Source of the DNA: Elusimicrobiota bacterium | GTDB taxonomy: Bacteria; Elusimicrobiota; Elusimicrobia; UBA1565; UBA9628 | Assembly: GCA_033875325.1 (NCBI GenBank) | Contig: JANRKA010000071.1 | Coordinates: forward strand, 8,980-72,979 | Length of the DNA: 64,000 nt | Direction: 5' to 3' | Shown here: piece after piece, positions 40,506 to 50,281 of the stretch | Numbering within the stretch: the first letter of the stretch is position 1 | Layout: every line of letters starts with the position of its first letter | The notes under the pieces: generated by a model | The model's database searches: none | Seen by the model: only the letters and a program-made list of their open reading frames with translations | Told to the model about the DNA's origin: nothing | Program-made: the position numbers and the translations under genes

Positions 40506-42238
40506 AGACCGCCCGCCACGAGGTGCTTGAGCGCGTCTTCAACGCCCTGTGGCGGGAAGGCTTCAGCGAGTCCAAGCGCTGGTCCGGCGGTCTCGCCACC
40601 GTGAGACTGCCCGGGGGCGCCGAAGTGGCCGCTCCGGCCGTGCGGATGGCCAGCCTGGGGGTCGTGCGAACCGGCTTTCCTTATTATGTCCGGGTGCCCG
40701 GCGGCCCGGTGGAGTCGCTCTCGGAGCCGGAACATCTGGTCGAGCTTCTTCCCGAAAGCGACGGCATGAGAAAGCGCTGGAGCGACGAAGTCGCTCAGAG
40801 CGCCGAGAACATGGGCTTCTTCCTGGACCGAGCCCTGGCTCGCCGCGCGGAACTAGGCTCCGCGCGGACGCTTTTGGAAGCCGCGCCCGCCGCGGCTCGC
40901 CGCTTGAATATAAGGCCTGAGGAATACCTGGAGTCCTGGGTGCTCCGCGGCCATCCGCTCCATCCCGGCTGCAAGACGCGCTGGGGCTTCGATCAAGACG
41001 ACTTAGCCCGATACTCTCCGGAGCTCGGCCGCCCCGTGGCGCTCTCGTTCTTCGCGCTGCGCCGCGACCACGTTCAAGAGACGCTGTCGCGTCCTGATGC
41101 GCCTGCCGCGTACCCCAGCTGCTGGACGGGGGTATTCGACGCGGAGCTGTCGGGCCTCGGCTTTGAGCCGTCCGAGTACGCGATCCTTGCCGCTCATCCC
41201 TGGCAGGCGGAGCGAGTGCTGCGTCGCTTGTTCGCGGACGAGCTGCGCTCGAAGGTCATCCTGCCTCTTTCGGCGACGTTCTTCGCGCAGCCGCTGACAT
41301 CGGTGCGCACGATGGCGCCGCTCTCCGCCTGCTCGCCCGTGCACTTGAAGCTGCCGCTCGCCATCCAATCGACGAGCGCCGAGCGCACGGTCTCGGCTCC
41401 TTCCGTGCGCAACGGCCCGGCGCTCTCACGCTGGATCGCGGCCGCGCTCGCGGCGGCTCCCAGGGTTTCCGAGATCCTCGAACTGCAGGAGGAAGTCCGC
41501 GGCCTCCACTATCGCGCGCCAGGCTCGGCCGAGAGCGACCCAGCCGCCCTCGAAAAGGCGCGTCACCTCTCTTTGCTTGCCCGAGTGCGGCCAAGCGAAC
41601 GCCCAGGAACTTCACTCGTTCCGGCCGCGCTGCTTTCGGAGCTGTCGCCGCTTGATGGAAGGCCGGTGGCGGCCGAGCTCGCCGAACGCCGCGGCGATGC
41701 CGCGCTTTTCTTCGCCGAGTGCGCCGAGGTGACGGCGCGCGCGCTCCTGCCGCTGCTCGCGCGAGGCTTGGCGCTTGAGGCCCACGGTCAAAACGTTCTT
41801 TTCCGCTTGGACGAGCGCGCCCGGCCGATCTCGTGGGTGCTGCGAGACCTGGGCGGCGTGCGCTTCCTCGCCTCGTGGATGAAGGATATCCATGCCTTCG
41901 AGCCGCATCCCGCCACGCTCATCGCCGCGGCCGACGAGGGCGAGCTGGTCGGAAAGCTGCACCACGCCTGGCTGCAGGGCCTTCTCGCGCCGCTCGCCGA
42001 CGCGCTCGTCGAAGGCTGTCACACGAATGACGAAGCCCTCTGGGAGGCGGCTCGACCGCGGGTTCGCACCGCGTGGAACCAGGCCTCGCCCGGCGGCGCG
42101 CGCGGCGCGCTGCTCGAACGGCTGCTCTTCGCTCCGCGCGTGCGGGTCAAGGCTCTCACGCGCATGCGCCTCAACCGGCGCTACGCGACCTACGACTGGT
42201 GCGAGATCGACAATCCGCTGTCGGAGGCCCGCGCTTGA
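40478..42238 (+). CDS. IucA/IucC-family NRPS-independent siderophore synthetase
   Basis: 'RWSDEVAQSAENMGFFLDRALARR', 'HPWQAERVLRRLF' and a FhuF-like C-terminus are present. Alternative GTG start at 40502. Confidence 0.8.
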   Translation: MERGRTAAVKTARHEVLERVFNALWREGFSESKRWSGGLATVRLPGGAEVAAPAVRMASLGVVRTGFPYYVRVPGGPVESLSEPEHLVELLPESDGMRKRWSDEVAQSAENMGFFLDRALARRAELGSARTLLEAAPAAARRLNIRPEEYLESWVLRGHPLHPGCKTRWGFDQDDLARYSPELGRPVALSFFALRRDHVQETLSRPDAPAAYPSCWTGVFDAELSGLGFEPSEYAILAAHPWQAERVLRRLFADELRSKVILPLSATFFAQPLTSVRTMAPLSACSPVHLKLPLAIQSTSAERTVSAPSVRNGPALSRWIAAALAAAPRVSEILELQEEVRGLHYRAPGSAESDPAALEKARHLSLLARVRPSERPGTSLVPAALLSELSPLDGRPVAAELAERRGDAALFFAECAEVTARALLPLLARGLALEAHGQNVLFRLDERARPISWVLRDLGGVRFLASWMKDIHAFEPHPATLIAAADEGELVGKLHHAWLQGLLAPLADALVEGCHTNDEALWEAARPRVRTAWNQASPGGARGALLERLLFAPRVRVKALTRMRLNRRYATYDWCEIDNPLSEARA

Positions 42239-43398
42239 GACTCCCGGCGCTCATCGCCTCTCATGCGCTCGCCGTAGCCGGCGTCGAGGCGGTTTTTTCG
42301 TTGTCGCCCTTGGTCCTGGCGCGCGCCGGCGCCGCGGGCGCCGGGCAGCAGGCGGCCTGGGCGGGCCTCGCGGCCGCCGCCGGAGTGGGGGCTTCCATGG
42401 CCGCCGCGCCTCTCTGGGCCCGGCTGGCCGACGCGGGCTATCGCCGAGGGATGCTCGCGCGCGCCTACGCCGGAATGGCGCTGGCCGCGATCGCCGCTCT
42501 GCTGGCCGCCGGGCCCTGGCAGTTCGTCGCGGCCCGCGTGCTGCTCGGCCTGCTCGGCGGCGGCACGCTCGCCGCGTCGTCGCTCGTCGCCGCGGGACCC
42601 GCCGGCGCGGCGGCGGTCTCGCGCGTGCAAGCCGCCTCGCTCTGGGGCGCCGCGCTGGGCCCCGTAGTTGGAGGCTGGCTGCTGGCCTCGGGACGGATAT
42701 GGGTGATCGGCCTATGGGCCACGCTCGGCGCCGTCGCGGCCGCCGCCGCGGCCGCCGCCGCGACGCTTCGCCTGCGCGTCGATGAGACTCCCGCGCCGCA
42801 AGAAGACGAGCCGGCAGCTTCCGCGTCCTCCTTCGGGCTCAGGGCGGGTCTCGCTTCGGCCGGCCGCTCCCTGGAAGACCCCTGGATTCCGCTCCTGGCG
42901 GGCGGCGACGCCGCCTTGGCCGGCGCCGCGCTCAGCGTGTCCCGAACGGCCGCGGCCTTGGCCGCGCCGGCCTGGGGAGCCGCCGCCTCGCGTCGCGGCC
43001 CGCGTCGCGTTTTGATTGCCGCTCTGGCCGCCGCGGGCGCTCTCACGGCCGCCCAGGCGCTTCCGCTCGGCGCGGGCGCGTTCCTCAGCGTGCGGGCGCT
43101 GCTCGGAGCCGCCGCCGGAGGACTCTCCGCCCTGCTCATGGCCGACGCCGTCGTCCTTTTAGGCGAACGGCGGCGCGGCGCCGCCTGCGCCGCCGTGGCT
43201 GTCGGGGCCGACGCCGGCAAGGCGGCAGCCGGCCTGGCCGCGGCGGCCTTGCCGGGCGCGACAGCCGCCGTCGCGCTCGGCGGAGCCGTTCTGCTCGTGC
43301 TTCCCCGCTTTCTTGTCAGTCAAAATCGTTGGAGGAGTTCATGCGACGTTTCGTCTTTGACGCCCACATCTACGCCGGTCGAATCGCCGGCGGCCTAG
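42235..43398 (+). CDS. MFS transporter (putative siderophore exporter)
   Basis: The TTG start overlaps the synthetase stop. The protein is Ala-rich with 12 TM helices. Confidence 0.55.
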   Translation: MRLPALIASHALAVAGVEAVFSLSPLVLARAGAAGAGQQAAWAGLAAAAGVGASMAAAPLWARLADAGYRRGMLARAYAGMALAAIAALLAAGPWQFVAARVLLGLLGGGTLAASSLVAAGPAGAAAVSRVQAASLWGAALGPVVGGWLLASGRIWVIGLWATLGAVAAAAAAAAATLRLRVDETPAPQEDEPAASASSFGLRAGLASAGRSLEDPWIPLLAGGDAALAGAALSVSRTAAALAAPAWGAAASRRGPRRVLIAALAAAGALTAAQALPLGAGAFLSVRALLGAAAGGLSALLMADAVVLLGERRRGAACAAVAVGADAGKAAAGLAAAALPGATAAVALGGAVLLVLPRFLVSQNRWRSSCDVSSLTPTSTPVESPAA

Positions 43399-46300
43399 TC
43401 CTGCTCTGGTCGCTCACGGGATCGCTGATGATCCTGGACCCGATCCTGCGGCGCGGCCTCGACCGCGTCCCGAAGCAGGCGGCTTTGGCTCGCGTCGACG
43501 CGGCGACGGTCTCGCCCTCCGCGCTGCGCGCCGCCTCCGGTCCCGCGACCGCCGTGCGCCTGCGTGCGGACGGGAGACGGACTTGGCTCGAAGTAGAGCG
43601 GCCGAAGGGTCCGCTCGAGGCCTACGACGCCGCGACCGGCCGGCCGACGCATGCCCTGTTGCAGCTTGATGAGGCGCTCGCGCTTCTCGGCAAACAGCTC
43701 GAAGGGGGGAAGTGGCGTCCGGTTTCCGCCGAGCGCATCGACGCGTACGACTATGATTACAAGACCGGCGAGCTGCCGGCCTTCCGTATCCGGCTTGAAG
43801 GGCCCGGTGGGATCGTCCTCTATGTTTCCGCGCGCGATGGCTCGTGGCAGAAGACGACGACGGTCTGGGCCCGCGCGTTCAAGAGGCTCGGGATGGGCCT
43901 GCACACTTGGAACTGGCAGTTCCTGCGTGGGCCGTGGGACGACACTCGCCGCTGGGCGCTGGTGCTCCTCATCGGACTTCCGTGCACGCTCCTGGGGGCG
44001 CTCGGCCTGATCCTTCTGCGGCTTCGCAGCAAGGCGGCGGCCGCGGCTCCGAAGGCGGCCGCGCGGCGGGCCGTCGCCGCAGGCGCCGCGGTCTCGGTGC
44101 TTCTCTCATGCGTCCCGCAGGCCTCGGCCCAAGCGATGGCCCGCGCCGTCTCTTCGCGGCCGGTCGGCGCGCCCGGCGTCACGATGATCGTGCCGGGCGC
44201 AAGCGTCTCGGCGCATTCGTCGCTGGCGCCTGCCACCTCCATCGGGTTGATTCCACCGGCCCACATCAACGCGCCGTCCGTCACGCCGCCGCAGCAGCCA
44301 GCGCCTCTCGCGAGCCGGGTAGCGGTAATCCCCGCCGCGCTCGCCATCCCGATGCCGCTTCCAGCGTCCGCCATCGCTCAACCGCGCTCCGCGATCGGCG
44401 CTGCCAGTCTCAAGCCCGAAATCGAGCTCGCGTCGCCTCGCCAGCTTGCGACGAGGCTGACTCCCTCGATACCGGAGACCGCCGTCGCGCCCCAGGCGTC
44501 CGACGCTTCAGCCGAATCTTTCGCCGTAGCCGGTCGCATCCTCTTCGACGGAGCCGGAGCCGCGGCGGCCGACGGCGCGCCCGTTCCAGCCGCGCCGCAC
44601 TCTGGAGGCAGGAGCAACGGTCTGGCGCCTCCGGGCGGCAACTCCGATGAACCGCCGCGCCCTCCGCGCCGCTCGGGCGCCTTCGGGCTCTACGCCACGC
44701 ACGCCGCCCATATGGCGGTCATGTCCTCGGTCTGGCGCGTGGCCTGGCCGCTTTTCGCGCTCGATACGATCGGCAAAGCCGGACTCGCCTGGGTCGGCTC
44801 GACCGCGGGCCTCGCGACGATGGGCGGCGGGCTCATCGCGGGCGTTCTCGTCGACCGATTTCTTCCGCGCCGCTCGCTCGTGGGCTCGGCGCTCGTGCGC
44901 GCCGCGCTGGCCGCGGGCGTCGCCGTGGCCGCGTTCACCGCTTCTCCGGGCGTCGCGTTCTTCCTGGCCGCGGCGACGGCGCACTCCTTCGCCACGATGA
45001 CCGTCCATATCGGCCAGTCGGCGCTCTCGCCCCGCGTGGCGGGCGGCGACGAGACGAAGCTGCAGAGGATCAACACGACGCTCAAACTCATCTCCGCAGC
45101 GGTCTCGATCCCAGGAGCTCTCGTGGGGGGTTGGCTCGCGGCCTCGGTCGGAGTTCCCGGCGCCTTCCTTGCCTACGCCGCCGTGTCGCTCTTGATCTTG
45201 GCGCCCGCGTATCACTTCCTTCTGCCCGAGGCCGGTTCCGCGAACGACGCGCCCGAAGAAAAGAAGCCGAAGGGCGGCTTCTTGGAGACCGCGCGCGTCA
45301 TCCTCTCCAGCCGGCCCGCGCTGGCGGCGATGGCCGCCATGGCCCTTCTCACGCTGATGAACGCGCCGCTCCAGGGCACGACTTTGCCGATCCTCGCGCG
45401 CGAAGGCCTGTCGGGCGGCGCGCAGTCGGTCGGAGCGCTCCTGTCGGCGTTCAGCGCCGGCCAGTTCGTCGGCATCCTGGCTCAGCTTACCCTCGCCAAG
45501 AAGCTGCCGCCCAAGGCCTGGGTCTGGCTCGGCGCCGCGGGCATGGCGGCGTTCTCGCTGCTGACACTGACGTTGCCGGCCTTCTGGCCTACCGCCGCGG
45601 CGGTCGCGCTCCTCGCGGCGCTGACGCAGCCGGCCTCGGTCGCGCTCAAGACGATCTTCCAAAAGGAAGTCGCCGCCCGGCGCCCCGAGCTGCTCGGCCG
45701 CGCCATGGGCCTGAACAGCCTGGCCTACGAGCTGGCGGTCGTCGGCGGGGGAGCGCTGCTCGCCCTTGCCGTCGCCGGTACGCTGGCTTCGGCCCTGTCT
45801 ACGCTGGCGCTCGTCTATGCCGGCCTGGGTCTCGCCGTCGGGGCGGCTGCGTGGTGGATGGGCCGCAAGCCCCGACCCAAGGATGGGTCCGGCTCGAAGC
45901 TGCACGGCTTTGCGCTCGGCGCGCTGCCGCTCGCGCTCGGCGCCGGAACGCCCGCGGCATGGCACGTCCTCGCGGGGACCGCGTTCGGCGCGCTGATCCT
46001 TCTCTATTCGATCACCGGCACGGTGAGCCTGATCTCGCCATGGCTCAAGCAGGTCTTCGATCCGAAGCTTCCCGCCTATCCCGAGGTCCGGGTCGAGGCC
46101 GAGCAGTTCCCGCTGTCGCCCGCGACCGCGGTCCTGGCTCTCACGCAGGAGGAGCGCGCCCAGCTCAAGCCCGGCATGCCGAGGCTTCGCGCCGCGCCGG
46201 GCTCTCCGCCCAAGCGCTGGTACGCTTTCGAGCTGGCCGACGGCTCGCTGGTAGACGTCCACGCCCGCACCGGCCGCCGCATGCGCTCGCCTCGCTCGCC

Positions 46301-47396
46301 GGCGTTCGTCCGCTCGCAGGTCCGCCGCTGGCTGGCCGGCACGCCGTGGAAGGCGCGCGGCCGGCCCGTCCTGATGACCGCGCAGGGAGACCACTACCGA
46401 AAGGGGGAGACGCCCCACTACCGCGTGGATCTCGACGGCCCAGGGGGGTATCAAGCGTTCTTTTCGGTCAAGGACGGCAGGCTTCTCGAAACGCACTCTC
46501 GCCTGTCGCGCTTCCTGCGGCTGACCGGCAAGGGCCCGCATACTTGGGCGATCAAGGCGCTCGACCGTCACGATATTCTCAAGCGCCTGCTCACGCCGCT
46601 GTTGCTGGGCCTGCCCATGCTCGCCATCGCTGCGACGGCGTTCTGGCTCAAGGTTCGCCACGGCTTCTCGATCGAGATTCCGTCTTTCGGCTCGGACGTC
46701 GGCGTCTGGCATCGCTTTCTCGGCACCTATTCCTTGTTCGCGCTGGCGCTTATGTCGGTCACGGGCCCGCTGACTTTGCTGATGCCCGTCGTGACCAAGA
46801 AGCTCACGCCTAAGCTACCTTCCGCGAAAGTCCTTGGGCCAGAGGCCTTCACGATCTCGCCGCTCGAGGCCGCCGAGCGTCTGGGCTCGGATGTACAGCC
46901 CGTCTCGGCGTCGTTGCGCGCCACGAGCCGCCGCGCCTGGTATGAGTTCGTGTTGGCTGACGGCACGCGCCGGGCCATCTCGGCCCAGGACGGCGGCGAA
47001 CTGCCAGTCCTGATGACGCCTCAGGAGATCGAGACGGAGACACGAGACTGGCTCGAAGGGAGCGCATGGTCGGTCAAGGGCACGCCGCTGCTGCTCGAGA
47101 CCTTTGACGCGCATTACAAGGACTTTCAAGAAGCCGAACTTCCGGTTTACCGCGTAGAGCTGAACGGCCCTAAGGGTCTGCGGCTCTATCTCTCGGCGCG
47201 TGACGGCCGGCCGGTCAACATGCTCTCGGTCCGCACGCGCCTTTCGCGCTGGCTCGCCGTCGGCGTAAAGGCGGTGCACGCCTTCGAATGGGGGCCGTTC
47301 GGGCGCAACGAGACGCTGCGGCGCTTGGCGATGATCCTCCTGCTCACGCTGCCGCTCGCGGCGACCGTAATCCTCGGCTTCATCGCGAGGCTATGA
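43329..47396 (+). CDS. 1355-aa multidomain membrane protein: PepSY-TM module + Ala/Pro-rich linker + MFS-like transporter core + two further PepSY-TM modules
   Basis: The N-terminus 'FVFDAHIYAGRIAGGLVLLWSLTGSLMI' is the PepSY_TM helix. Residues ~450-850 have MFS-like hydropathy ('LVDRFLPRRSL'). The C-terminal repeats 'LTGKGPHTWAIKALDRH…' and 'HAFEWGPFGRNETLRRL' are PepSY-TM-like. It is one uninterrupted frame. Confidence 0.55.
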   Translation: MEEFMRRFVFDAHIYAGRIAGGLVLLWSLTGSLMILDPILRRGLDRVPKQAALARVDAATVSPSALRAASGPATAVRLRADGRRTWLEVERPKGPLEAYDAATGRPTHALLQLDEALALLGKQLEGGKWRPVSAERIDAYDYDYKTGELPAFRIRLEGPGGIVLYVSARDGSWQKTTTVWARAFKRLGMGLHTWNWQFLRGPWDDTRRWALVLLIGLPCTLLGALGLILLRLRSKAAAAAPKAAARRAVAAGAAVSVLLSCVPQASAQAMARAVSSRPVGAPGVTMIVPGASVSAHSSLAPATSIGLIPPAHINAPSVTPPQQPAPLASRVAVIPAALAIPMPLPASAIAQPRSAIGAASLKPEIELASPRQLATRLTPSIPETAVAPQASDASAESFAVAGRILFDGAGAAAADGAPVPAAPHSGGRSNGLAPPGGNSDEPPRPPRRSGAFGLYATHAAHMAVMSSVWRVAWPLFALDTIGKAGLAWVGSTAGLATMGGGLIAGVLVDRFLPRRSLVGSALVRAALAAGVAVAAFTASPGVAFFLAAATAHSFATMTVHIGQSALSPRVAGGDETKLQRINTTLKLISAAVSIPGALVGGWLAASVGVPGAFLAYAAVSLLILAPAYHFLLPEAGSANDAPEEKKPKGGFLETARVILSSRPALAAMAAMALLTLMNAPLQGTTLPILAREGLSGGAQSVGALLSAFSAGQFVGILAQLTLAKKLPPKAWVWLGAAGMAAFSLLTLTLPAFWPTAAAVALLAALTQPASVALKTIFQKEVAARRPELLGRAMGLNSLAYELAVVGGGALLALAVAGTLASALSTLALVYAGLGLAVGAAAWWMGRKPRPKDGSGSKLHGFALGALPLALGAGTPAAWHVLAGTAFGALILLYSITGTVSLISPWLKQVFDPKLPAYPEVRVEAEQFPLSPATAVLALTQEERAQLKPGMPRLRAAPGSPPKRWYAFELADGSLVDVHARTGRRMRSPRSPAFVRSQVRRWLAGTPWKARGRPVLMTAQGDHYRKGETPHYRVDLDGPGGYQAFFSVKDGRLLETHSRLSRFLRLTGKGPHTWAIKALDRHDILKRLLTPLLLGLPMLAIAATAFWLKVRHGFSIEIPSFGSDVGVWHRFLGTYSLFALALMSVTGPLTLLMPVVTKKLTPKLPSAKVLGPEAFTISPLEAAERLGSDVQPVSASLRATSRRAWYEFVLADGTRRAISAQDGGELPVLMTPQEIETETRDWLEGSAWSVKGTPLLLETFDAHYKDFQEAELPVYRVELNGPKGLRLYLSARDGRPVNMLSVRTRLSRWLAVGVKAVHAFEWGPFGRNETLRRLAMILLLTLPLAATVILGFIARL

Positions 47397-48004
47397 TGAC
47401 GATGCGCGCCCTCATCTCAGCGATTCTGCTTTCGTGGTCCGCGGTGAGCGAAGCCGCGGGACCCCGAAGGCCCGCGGCTCCACCGAACGGCGGCGCGTCG
47501 ACGCCTTCCGTCCCTCGCGTCTCGCTGCCGATATTACCTGCTCAGACCTTCAACTCCCCGCCTACGCCGCCCTCAACGGGCGGAACGCAACCGCTGCGTC
47601 TCTCGCGCGATGTCGCGCGGGACGAGGCCGCCGCGACGCTGGCCGCCGCCGGCTTTCCCGAGCGCTTGCGAGAGCACGGGCTGGTCGTCTGGCAGATCCT
47701 GCGCGCAAAGACTCGCGGAGGGGAGAAGGCCTTCCTCACGGTCGGCCTTCCCGCGGACGGCATTCCGCTTGAGCGCGGCTCCGGGAATCCCGAGCGCCGC
47801 GCAGAGCTGGACCGGCGGCTCGAGGCCGCGCGCGACTTCATCGTCTCCGAGGCGTCGCGCCTGCTCGGGATGCCCGAGGACATGGTCTCAGTGAACGCGC
47901 GGCTCGTCGCGACCTGCTGCGGCGCGGGCTGTCAGTCGTGTCTCATCACCAAGCCCGAGCACGCCGAGCGCTGGACCGGACAGAAGCCGCGTCCCACGAA
48001 ATAA
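47393..48004 (+). CDS. secreted hypothetical protein with C-terminal CCGAGCQSC motif
   Basis: It has a signal peptide MMTMRALISAILLSWSAVSEA and a Pro-rich segment. ATGA overlap with the upstream gene. Confidence 0.4.
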   Translation: MMTMRALISAILLSWSAVSEAAGPRRPAAPPNGGASTPSVPRVSLPILPAQTFNSPPTPPSTGGTQPLRLSRDVARDEAAATLAAAGFPERLREHGLVVWQILRAKTRGGEKAFLTVGLPADGIPLERGSGNPERRAELDRRLEAARDFIVSEASRLLGMPEDMVSVNARLVATCCGAGCQSCLITKPEHAERWTGQKPRPTK

Positions 48005-48047
48005 AGAGAGCATTGCGCGCCTTGCGAATGTCTGCTAGACTCAAGCG

Positions 48048-48323
48048 ATGACTTCGCGTTTGCGTTCGCTAATCTGCGCTCTGGCCCTATTCGTCTGTGG
48101 GCTGGACATCGGCGTGGACGCGTTCGGCCGCTGCGAGGAATCCAAGAGCGTCGCGACCGCGTGTCACGTCTGCGCCTGCGCGAATCACTTCTTCAATCCG
48201 AGCGAAGCGGAGAAGTCCTTGCGCATCGATCGTCCTCAGCCTTCGTATTCCTCCTACCAGCAGCCGGTCTACTCGCTCCTCCTGGTCGAGTCGATCTTCC
48301 AGCCTCCTAAGCTCACCGCCTAG
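48048..48323 (+). CDS. small secreted Cys/His-rich protein (possible metal-binding)
   Basis: It has a signal peptide and the motif 'ACHVCACANH'. Confidence 0.3.
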   Translation: MTSRLRSLICALALFVCGLDIGVDAFGRCEESKSVATACHVCACANHFFNPSEAEKSLRIDRPQPSYSSYQQPVYSLLLVESIFQPPKLTA

Positions 48324-48415
48324 CGGAAGAGCTTTCCCCCGCGCGATCCGTTCCTGAGCCCTATCTTGCCGCCTTGTCGCGGCGGCTTTCGCGCTCAGGT
48401 TGTTGAACGATCCCA

Positions 48416-49660
48416 TTGTCGAGCAGGATACTTATGACCCAGTTGATATTTCTCTTCATCTTGGCGACGGCCCCCGCCATCGCCGCCGAGCCCGCATGCC
48501 CCGCGCTGTCGAGCCCGCAATCCGTGCTCGATTGCGTGCTCCGCGTGCATCCCGCAGCCAAGGGATCGGCGGCGTTGCTGTTGCAGGCGGAGGCGCTCGG
48601 AAGCGCGGCCGGGCAGCGGCCGAACCCGGAGGCCGCGGGCACCGGGGTTTTCGGCGACTCGCAGGATCAAATGCAGGTCTCGCTCCTTCATACGTTCGAG
48701 ACCGGCGGCAAGAGAGGTCGTCGGCTGGATCGCGCGCGCGCCGAGGCCCTCGAACTGGGGGCCGAAGCGTTGAGCGTCAAGGAGGAGATCGCTGTCGACA
48801 CCGTCTCCGACCTTTTCCGTCTCCGCCAGATCCGCGAGGAGCTCAAGCTGTTGCAGGAGGCTTTGGACACCTTCTCGAGGATCGCCCGGCAGCTGCGGGC
48901 GCGTCCGCGCCGGTCTCCCGAGCAGGAGGTCTCGTTGTCGGTGTTCCAGCTCGCCGAGCGTGATTATTCCGTCAAGCGCTCGGCCCTCGAAGGCGAGACA
49001 CTCGCCCTCCGCAGGGAGCTCGAACTCGGGTTAGGGGCGCCGCTCCCGGATTCCGATTCAGTGCTCCCTGCGCGGCGCACCCAATGGCCCGACCTGGGCG
49101 CGCCGGGTTCGCCGGCGGCGCTTCGAGGCTCGTCGGCTCTGCGCGCCACGGCGGCGCTCGAGGCGGCGCAAGCCGAGCTAGGCTCGGCCCGGGCGGCGGC
49201 TTATCCGGACGTCCAACTTGGACCGAGCGTCCAAAGGCAAAAGAACGGACCCGGCGAGGGCTCGTCGACCTTGCTCGGCGCGAGTTTTTCGCTGCCGCTT
49301 CCTCTTTACCAGCGCAACGCGGGCGGCAAGCGATTAGCGACACGAGCGGTCGAGACTGCCCAGGCGAGGTCCGCGGCGGCAATGGCGGCTCTCGGCGCGC
49401 AGAGGGACGCGGAACTCGCGCGCTACCGTGCCGCTACTTCGACGCTCGCCCAGGCCGGCGACACCGAGAAGCTCGAAGCCGAGCACGAGAAGATGGAAGG
49501 GCTCTATGAACGAGGCCTGATTCCCAGCGCGCTCGTCATCGAGGCTCACCGGCAGATGGTCGACTATACGCGCGACCTCAACGAGCAGGAGCTGGGCGCC
49601 GTCCGCGCTCTCTGGACGATCTATGCGATCGAAGGCCGCGTTCTCACGGAGAAACTGTGA
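48416..49660 (+). CDS. TolC/CusC/CzcC-like outer membrane efflux factor
   Basis: It has a signal peptide and two OEP repeats rich in coiled-coil heptads ('LSVFQLAERDYSVKRSALEGETLALRRELE'). Confidence 0.8.
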   Translation: MSSRILMTQLIFLFILATAPAIAAEPACPALSSPQSVLDCVLRVHPAAKGSAALLLQAEALGSAAGQRPNPEAAGTGVFGDSQDQMQVSLLHTFETGGKRGRRLDRARAEALELGAEALSVKEEIAVDTVSDLFRLRQIREELKLLQEALDTFSRIARQLRARPRRSPEQEVSLSVFQLAERDYSVKRSALEGETLALRRELELGLGAPLPDSDSVLPARRTQWPDLGAPGSPAALRGSSALRATAALEAAQAELGSARAAAYPDVQLGPSVQRQKNGPGEGSSTLLGASFSLPLPLYQRNAGGKRLATRAVETAQARSAAAMAALGAQRDAELARYRAATSTLAQAGDTEKLEAEHEKMEGLYERGLIPSALVIEAHRQMVDYTRDLNEQELGAVRALWTIYAIEGRVLTEKL

Positions 49661-50271
49661 ACATGATCAAGCTGATTCCCATCGCCTTGCTGCTGCTGGC
49701 GGCTCCCTCGCAGGCGAGCGACGAGCACAAAGATCACAAACCGGGCGAAAAGCATGCGGATGCTCGCAAGAAGGAAGTTGGCCCGGCAAAAGACGAGCAC
49801 GATCATGAGCCGGGTGAAAAGCACGCTGAAGATCACAAAAAGGAAGGCGCCCCCGCGAAAGACGAGCACGAAGGCGAAGAGGGACACGGCGAGGAGCACG
49901 GGGAAGAAGAAGAGGCAAGCCCCAATGTCGGCCCCGGCAAGGGCGTGGAGGCCTTCGGACATGAAGGCATGAAGCTGTCGGCGAAGGCGGCGGCGAGCTT
50001 GGGTTTCAAGACATCGCCCATCGCGGGCAACGGCGCGGTCAAGGTGCCTGTGTCGGCCCTGGTCTTCTTCCAAGACGAGGTCGGCGTCTATCGATCGCGC
50101 GGGGGCTGGATCAAGCTCGTCGAGGTCGAGCTTGCGGAGCGGACGAAGCGCGACGCCATCGTGCGCTCCAAGGAGCTAAAGCCGGGCGATCAATTGGTCG
50201 TCGCGGGAGCCGCCGCGATCCGGGTCATCGAGCTCGACCTGACCAGCGGCGACGTGGGCCACGGGCACTGA
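49657..50271 (+). CDS. short (204 aa) periplasmic adaptor-like protein with His/Glu-rich repeats
   Basis: It has a signal peptide, then three 'DEHxxxPGEKHA' repeats. The C-terminal ~100 aa ('VPVSALVFFQDEVGVYRSRGGWIKLVEVELAERTKRDAIVRSKELKPGDQLVVAGAAAIRVIE') resemble the beta-barrel/membrane-proximal end of HlyD-family adaptors. It lacks the lipoyl and alpha-hairpin domains. Confidence 0.45.
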   Translation: MNMIKLIPIALLLLAAPSQASDEHKDHKPGEKHADARKKEVGPAKDEHDHEPGEKHAEDHKKEGAPAKDEHEGEEGHGEEHGEEEEASPNVGPGKGVEAFGHEGMKLSAKAAASLGFKTSPIAGNGAVKVPVSALVFFQDEVGVYRSRGGWIKLVEVELAERTKRDAIVRSKELKPGDQLVVAGAAAIRVIELDLTSGDVGHGH

Positions 50272-50281
50272 GGACTATTCC

